Shown piece by piece: positions 26,851-32,000 of a stretch of 32,000 bases of DNA. The stretch's first letter is position 1. Every line of letters starts with the position of its first letter. Origin of the DNA: an uncultured Lentisphaeria bacterium (GTDB taxonomy: Bacteria; Verrucomicrobiota; Lentisphaeria; JABSQK01; JAJFLO01); assembly GCA_951812855.1 (NCBI GenBank), contig OX638337.1:1440001-1472000 (forward strand), read 5' to 3'. The translations under genes and the position numbers were made by a program. The notes under the pieces were generated by a model that was not told the origin of the DNA, did not search any database, and worked only from the letters and a program-made list of their open reading frames with translations.

Positions 26851-27045
26851 CAAACGGCTTTGTTGGAAAATCGTTTACGCCTGAATTAATTAGTTTATAA
26901 GATAAACCGTTAATAGATATTGTATCCTGTTTATAGCATTACCATCAAGGATGAGAATACAATACTGTAATTCAGGTAAAGATATTTGTTTTACTTATGA
27001 TCTGTATATCATCCCAATTTAATAATTCAATAACCCGGAGATTTT
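26851..27045 (+). repeat. Repeat Y: diverged paralogue of the tig promoter/leader (repeat X, 4775-4937). It ends exactly at the terminus of IS256-derived copy B.
   Basis: Same colinear blocks as listed for X. Examples are TTTGTTGGAAAATC at 26859-26872, TACGCCTGA at 26876-26884, GTTTTACTTATG at 26988-26999, AATTTAA at 27016-27022 and AATTCAA at 27024-27030. Confidence 0.6.
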
Positions 27046-27368
27046 CGGTAATGCAAATTTTCTTCTTTAATTTGATAATCGCGGGTCATTAATCAACCAT
27101 TTTCAGCGTCCCGTTGTTCACTGATTCCGATCAAGATGGCACTTGCCAATCTGACAACTCTTATCATTGCTGAATTTACTTCGATCTTTTCCTGTGTGCA
27201 ATTTTATTGCCGGTCATCGATTTGAGGTACAGACTGGTTTCAAGCAGGCTGAATTTCGGTTTCCGGAAACAGTTGTGCAGCCTTGTGGACATTGGTGATG
27301 ATCATAGAGAAAACAGCTTGACCACCGACAGGGTATAACTGCGTTAGGTAAGATATGGACTTCTACCT
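27046..27368 (-). mobile_element. IS256-family-derived internally deleted element, copy B (inverted relative to copy A, more degraded)
   Basis: The minus strand starts AGGTAGAAGTCCAT (27368 to 27355) and ends AAATTTGCATTACCG (to 27046). Hand alignment of 27046-27147 (minus strand) to 4490-4605 gives 99 aligned positions with 8 mismatches plus one 14-nt indel. The centre is much more diverged. It translates as ...LFPETEIQPA*NQSVPQIDDRQ*NCTQEKIEVNSAMIRVVRLASAILIGISEQRDAENG*, colinear with the transposase C-terminus but with stops. Confidence 0.7.
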
Positions 27369-27391
27369 GTTTATTACTGCATTTACTAAAA

Positions 27392-30300
27392 TCATATTGG
27401 TTTAATGATAAACAACAGATCACCCGTACTGACGGCCTGGGCATTGGCTGGATTTACACGGACGACCTTGTATTTTTTATCTTCAGGGTAAATGACACTG
27501 TCGCCACCATTGAATATGTTTAAGGATATTGGTCTAAAAACTTTCATAGCTTCGATGAGACAGAGCGTCTGTGCTGTATTGATGATGTCATCAATTTTGA
27601 CAAATTCGGGTTCAGTCGGGGATGGGGTAATATAAAATATTCCCGTTGACGGGGCTAAAACTTTAATTTCATCACAGCCTTCTATCTTCAGACTCTCCAG
27701 ATCAAATGATTGTTTTACGTCGCCGGCAGCGTCTTCAATTTCTTTAATTAATTTCTTAGTATTGGTACGGTCAATGAATTTTGGCAGATAGGTGGTGTCG
27801 TACGTTCCTTTCTGAAAAATTTCATCAGAAAGAACAGATCTTAATAATGGAATATTTGTACAAATACCTTCGATTTTTACGGTACCCAAATAATCGATCA
27901 GAGTTTTAATGGTACTTATTCTATCTTTGCCTTTACAGATGAGTTGAACAATCATGCTGTCATAATATGTCGGAACAGTTTTTCCTTTACCCATAGCCGC
28001 AATGACATCGATATTCTTGTTTTCGGGGAAATGGAATTCGGTAATTTCCCCCGGTTCAGGGATAAAAATGAATTCTCCGTCGGGATTGATTGCCGCTTTT
28101 TCAGCATTTATGCGTACTTCAATTGCATAATCTTTTTGACTGATTTTCATTTTCTTAATACTCTTGCCCGATGCAATTTGAAATTGTGTTGCAACGATAT
28201 CGATACCGGTGACTGTTTCTGTTACCGGATGCTCAACCTGCAGTCGAGTATTCATTTCCATAAAATAAACGGCTTTATTTTTTAAATCATGAATGAACTC
28301 AACTGTTCCCGCGCCAATATAGCCAATTCTGTCTGAAATTGCTTCTGCGTACTTAAATGCCTCTTTTTCCAATTTTTCAGGGAGTGAGGTTGAACCTGAT
28401 TCTTCAATTATTTTTTGATTGTTTCTTTGGACACTGCAATCTCTGAGTCCAAGCACTTTTGTGTTCCCAAACTTGTCCCGTAAAATTTGGACTTCGATAT
28501 GACGTAATGACGTGACGCATTTTTCAATATAAACATCACTGTTACCAAAGGCACTTTTTGCTTCCGCCATCATTTGGATAAATATTTCTCGGAAATTTTC
28601 GGATGAGTCAACCATTTTTATTCCTTTACCGCCACCACCATGTACAGCTTTGATAACGATAGGATAACCGATTTTTTCAGAGAGACGCTGTGCTGCTTCA
28701 GGGCTGGTAATGATACCATGACTACCCGGAACGACTGCAATTTTTAGATCAAGTGCGGTATTGACAGCATTTGATTTATTGCCCATTTGCTCCATGCTCT
28801 CAACGGGCGGGCCAATAAAATTGAGCTCATGATTCTGGCAGAGTGCTGCAAAAAGTGGATTTTCAGATAAAAATCCGATGCCGGGGTGTAGAGAATCTGC
28901 TTCTTCGCGTTCAGCAATTCTCACGACACTCTGTGCATTGAGATAACTTTCGTCAGACGTATTACCACCCAGACAAACGAGTCGATCTTTCTTAGACAGC
29001 ATATCCGCAGCGACAGAATCCATATCAGCATCGGATTGCACAAGAACAACCTCTATATTTTCCTTTTGTGCAATTCGTATCAATTTCACCGCTGTGCAGC
29101 CCCGGGCATGAATGAGAACGCGTTTTACAGGCTTCATTAAATCCATATAATGAATTGTTTTTGGGGATTTCCCTTCGCCATCTTCTGCAACCAGAATACC
29201 TTGAAATATCCGTGATAATACGTCTTCTACAGATTCTTTCGCTACAGGAATATCTGAATCAATAGTTCTTAGTTGCTCATCCAACTCATCGAAAAATGGA
29301 TGTTTCACCAAGCCCTGCATTGCTCCGGGTGTTTTAGAAAGATAATTTGACAGAGTCGAAGTGGATGGCAGATATGATGGAACAACAATCTGACCGGCAA
29401 ATGGCATGTTGGTTCCCGAAAAATAATAGGTCTGGACTAACGGATGTGTGACAAAACTCGCCTGAGCACCTCCGGTACAATCTCCAAATCCAAAGCAGAT
29501 TATCTGTAACCCTGTGTCTCTGACAAAGCGGGTTATACGGTCATTGACAATCGCCATGGAGAAAAGAGCTCCGGCACCTTCTTTTGTTTGCATACCGCCT
29601 GACGAAAGAAAGCAGACGACAGGCAATTTTTTGCGTGCACATTCAACGAGAAGTTTACAAAATTTTTCTGCACTTGCCATATCAAATGCACCCGCTTGAA
29701 AATCAAGATTGGATATAATTACGCCGGCTTTTCTCTTGATTTTTTTGCATTTTATCTGGGCAATTCCCGTTATAATACCGCACGGTGTAATTTTCTTTGA
29801 CAATGATTGTTCAATAGATATCCTGAATCCCGGAAAACCGACAGGATCATTCGTCATTAAATTTGAATGAGATTCCTTGAAATCAGTCAAGAATTTATCA
29901 ATAATTGCTGTCGTTGTCGTTTTTTTACTTCGTTTATTGGTTGTCAATAAATCATTGATCAGCAGGTCATGGCAGGCAATTTGCAGTCGATTCCAGAAGT
30001 CTTTCATGCCGATATTCCGCAGGCTGATTCGACCATCAAACTTTTTACCGGACTGTTCTGATTCATAGTATTGATGCAGGAGATGATCGAAAATAAACGT
30101 TATGATTGCAAATAATGTTTCAGAATATCGGGGGAATTCAATTTTTTTCCATTCCTCGATTGATTTAAGTAGAGCATGGCGTTTTGAACTTTTGGCTAAG
30201 AGCTTGAGCCAGGTTTCAAATTCCTGTTTTATCTGGTCAGTACCGGATCCGAATAATTTTTCCTTTGGCAGCCGTTTTTGTACGGATTCAATAATTCCCG

Positions 30301-31933
30301 GAATTGGATCGTCAATCAGGTTTGATATTGTCTTTTTCGAAATCGTATCATGTTCACTTGCTTCCGCTGCAATTGTATTTAGACTTGCGACAATGTTGTT
30401 GTAGATGAGATCAAAAATCATTAAATTTTTGGATTCCAGGATCATCCCTTCTCTCACATCACTTCGAACCATTACATCTAATATGGTTAGATCATCTACC
30501 TGACTATCGGGATGGACGTCATTCTTAAAAAGATATTTTATTAGTGATACAAAATTATTCTGAGCCCCGGTTTTCCAAAGATTATACAAATGAAAGGCAA
30601 AACAGAATTGCAATTCCTGTTCTGAATCATGGAAGTTTTTAACAGGATCTCCGAGGATCATTTTCGCGAATTTACCGCGTTTATTTGTGATCCGTTCTTT
30701 GAAGTATTGATAATTTTTCCATGATTTACTCAATGTGTTATCATACTTAATTTCCAACGGACTGTTTAGCCATTGTTTAAATGCATCACGATGTTCTTTT
30801 GCAATCCTATGGTCGAGATCACCTTCAGGAATTTCAAGATTACTCAGTCGGCCATATAGTTCTTTTGTGGTGGACCTGAGTTTATTTCGCATATTCAAAT
30901 ATCGAAGATATCGAATCGCTGTTCCGAATATATTCAGATGGCTGGTGGGTGTTTGAGGAAGTGCCAGATCCTGATCTGCTATCACGACCTCATGGGGATC
31001 TAAAAAGCGGTCGACACTGCGAAAATAATGGTCAATTACATATTTATTATTATTTACGAATTCCCTGGACCGATTTTCAATCGATATAATACTGGAAATT
31101 ATGGCTCTCTGTAAATTGTGATGTTTCTGTTTTGCTTCTCCGGGGACATAATCAATGACGCCGTCGAGATATCCCTGTTTGTAAAGCTCGTATGATGATA
31201 CTCCGACATACTTAGCACATTCCTGCCATGATAAATTGTATTTACGTGCAATACTGGCTAATCCTCGAGGTTGAATCGTATTAAAGACACCGTCTTTTAC
31301 AGATAATAGAATATTCGTCGTGGCTAACGGTATTGCTCCTCCGGAATACCCGTTCCCAAGAATAATACCAACGGTTGGAGCAGGAACGATTGCCATTGTT
31401 GCAATTAACCTGGAAATTGAATGTGCCTGATTCTCTTTATTCGCGATTTCTCCGGCGTCGGCCCCGGGTGTGTCGATCAGCGTCACAACAGGTATGGAAT
31501 ATTCGACAAATTCGTTAACATAGCTGGATGCTAAATTATGATGTTCAGGCATCCATACACCATTGGCTGCATTTCTATCCTGTGCGATAAATCCGACACG
31601 TCGTTTATGACTGTCAAAGTTAAGAAACATTTCTACGACGTATAATGGTCCGTGGACTCGCTCTCTGATGACCTCGCCCTCAAACATTTTAAGAACAGCT
31701 CTTACACTGACTCGTGATTTATCCTCAGTTGGCCGGACTGTTTTTTCGATATACTTGTCAACTCTTAATTTTTGAAGGCCGTTAAGAATGGAATCAATCT
31801 TATTGTCCTTTACTAATCCCTCGAGGTTTTTGTCTGGAGTTACTTCACCTGAATTCGGGAAAAGAGAAAAATCATTGGCCAAATCTTCTGCTTTAATGAA
31901 TAATTGATCTAGTCCGGAAATCTTCTTAACCAT
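27392..31933 (-). CDS. Single-chain multidomain biotin-dependent carboxylase (acetyl-CoA carboxylase-like): AccA-like CT, ~400-aa insert, AccD-like CT, biotin carboxylase, BCCP
   Basis: 1513 aa.
- aa ~60-275 are AccA-like (VVTLIDTPGADAG...GNGYSGGAIP...IQPRGLASI).
- aa ~705-880 are AccD-like (VVCFLSSGGMQTKEG...GDCTGGAQASF...FAGQIVV).
- aa ~935-1385 are AccC-like (GYPIVIKAVHGGGGKGIKMV, LRDCSVQRNNQKIIEE, EMNTRLQVEHPVTE).
- The C-terminal biotinyl domain has CLIEAMKVF, with the Lys codon at 27542-27544. Confidence 0.9.
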   Translation of the reverse strand: MVKKISGLDQLFIKAEDLANDFSLFPNSGEVTPDKNLEGLVKDNKIDSILNGLQKLRVDKYIEKTVRPTEDKSRVSVRAVLKMFEGEVIRERVHGPLYVVEMFLNFDSHKRRVGFIAQDRNAANGVWMPEHHNLASSYVNEFVEYSIPVVTLIDTPGADAGEIANKENQAHSISRLIATMAIVPAPTVGIILGNGYSGGAIPLATTNILLSVKDGVFNTIQPRGLASIARKYNLSWQECAKYVGVSSYELYKQGYLDGVIDYVPGEAKQKHHNLQRAIISSIISIENRSREFVNNNKYVIDHYFRSVDRFLDPHEVVIADQDLALPQTPTSHLNIFGTAIRYLRYLNMRNKLRSTTKELYGRLSNLEIPEGDLDHRIAKEHRDAFKQWLNSPLEIKYDNTLSKSWKNYQYFKERITNKRGKFAKMILGDPVKNFHDSEQELQFCFAFHLYNLWKTGAQNNFVSLIKYLFKNDVHPDSQVDDLTILDVMVRSDVREGMILESKNLMIFDLIYNNIVASLNTIAAEASEHDTISKKTISNLIDDPIPGIIESVQKRLPKEKLFGSGTDQIKQEFETWLKLLAKSSKRHALLKSIEEWKKIEFPRYSETLFAIITFIFDHLLHQYYESEQSGKKFDGRISLRNIGMKDFWNRLQIACHDLLINDLLTTNKRSKKTTTTAIIDKFLTDFKESHSNLMTNDPVGFPGFRISIEQSLSKKITPCGIITGIAQIKCKKIKRKAGVIISNLDFQAGAFDMASAEKFCKLLVECARKKLPVVCFLSSGGMQTKEGAGALFSMAIVNDRITRFVRDTGLQIICFGFGDCTGGAQASFVTHPLVQTYYFSGTNMPFAGQIVVPSYLPSTSTLSNYLSKTPGAMQGLVKHPFFDELDEQLRTIDSDIPVAKESVEDVLSRIFQGILVAEDGEGKSPKTIHYMDLMKPVKRVLIHARGCTAVKLIRIAQKENIEVVLVQSDADMDSVAADMLSKKDRLVCLGGNTSDESYLNAQSVVRIAEREEADSLHPGIGFLSENPLFAALCQNHELNFIGPPVESMEQMGNKSNAVNTALDLKIAVVPGSHGIITSPEAAQRLSEKIGYPIVIKAVHGGGGKGIKMVDSSENFREIFIQMMAEAKSAFGNSDVYIEKCVTSLRHIEVQILRDKFGNTKVLGLRDCSVQRNNQKIIEESGSTSLPEKLEKEAFKYAEAISDRIGYIGAGTVEFIHDLKNKAVYFMEMNTRLQVEHPVTETVTGIDIVATQFQIASGKSIKKMKISQKDYAIEVRINAEKAAINPDGEFIFIPEPGEITEFHFPENKNIDVIAAMGKGKTVPTYYDSMIVQLICKGKDRISTIKTLIDYLGTVKIEGICTNIPLLRSVLSDEIFQKGTYDTTYLPKFIDRTNTKKLIKEIEDAAGDVKQSFDLESLKIEGCDEIKVLAPSTGIFYITPSPTEPEFVKIDDIINTAQTLCLIEAMKVFRPISLNIFNGGDSVIYPEDKKYKVVRVNPANAQAVSTGDLLFIIKPI

Positions 31934-32000
31934 AAGTCTTATCCTTGTAAAATTCTGTCGTCAATTTTAGATAGTGATATTGAGAAAACAGTCGGTATTT

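Noticed and set aside
26936-26990. GCATTACC (26936-26943) and AGGTAAAGATAT (26975-26986) as termini of a third mini-element
   Set aside because: Only 8-nt matches, which are expected about once by chance in 64 kb of two-strand sequence. No supporting internal homology.
27137-27152. Sigma54-like TGGCAC element
   Set aside because: The downstream -12 TTGC element is not at the required spacing. It lies inside the IS remnant.
27136-27225. 29-aa hydrophobic peptide ORF (MALANLTTLIIAEFTSIFSCVQFYCRSSI) as a possible type I toxin
   Set aside because: It lies antisense within the IS256-derived copy B, has no Shine-Dalgarno sequence, and the locus is fully explained by the transposase remnant.
27247-27281. 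SRP/4.5S-RNA-like stretch (GGCUG...GUUUCCGGAAAC...CAGCC) in a GC-richer patch
   Set aside because: It lacks the conserved helix-8 GGAA tetraloop context and AGCA/GGA internal loops. The GC-richer patch is accounted for by the IS256-derived element.
27214-27444. 76-aa minus-strand track ORF overlapping the 3' end of the carboxylase gene
   Set aside because: It is an out-of-frame read across the carboxylase stop region and element copy B, with no recognisable content.
1-32000. CRISPR arrays, tRNA, rRNA or tmRNA genes
   Set aside because: I saw no regularly spaced direct repeats or tRNA-like T-arm/acceptor patterns in any intergenic gap. A tRNAscan/Infernal run would be needed to exclude small RNAs formally.

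Overview
This is a low-GC bacterial chromosome segment, apparently from a diderm (SurA-like chaperone, long-form YidC). It is mostly housekeeping genes with one compositionally foreign edge.

**Layout**
- 1-4.6 kb: the right end of a higher-GC island. It holds a 5'-truncated unknown gene, a Doc/Fic-family toxin gene and hsdR (type I restriction R subunit), all joined by start/stop overlaps. It ends at a ~350-bp IS256-family-derived element.
- 4.9-10.1 kb (+): tig-clpP-clpX-surA-like-rsmA.
- 10.2-14.2 kb (-): the conserved rpmH-rnpA-yidD-yidC-jag cluster, led by a small zinc-ribbon ORF.
- 14.5-17.4 kb: a decayed patch. It contains a secreted hypothetical, an ABC ATPase with no permease, a truncated TVP38/DedA-like gene and an IS5-type transposase remnant with an in-frame stop.
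- 17.5-20.3 kb: a 915-aa secreted multidomain protein.
- 20.4-26.8 kb (+): a sulfur/methionine block of an Rrf2 regulator, cysK, an APS-reductase-type cysH, cysD, cysN and a fused metX-metW.
- 27.0-27.4 kb (-): a second, inverted and more degraded copy of the IS256-derived element.
- 27.4-31.9 kb (-): a 1513-aa single-chain carboxylase with the order CT-alpha-like, ~400-aa insert, CT-beta-like, biotin carboxylase, BCCP.

I recognised no rRNA, tRNA or CRISPR array.

**On the novel-system question**
I do not see a complete, self-contained, obviously novel multi-gene system. The best candidates are:
1. The Doc toxin module embedded in the type I R-M operon, which is cut by the window edge.
2. The permuted four-in-one acetyl-CoA-carboxylase-like gene.
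3. The inverted pair of IS256-derived mini-elements, together with a duplicated tig-leader-like sequence, bracketing 22 kb of core genes.

All family assignments come from motif recognition by eye. No database search was run.
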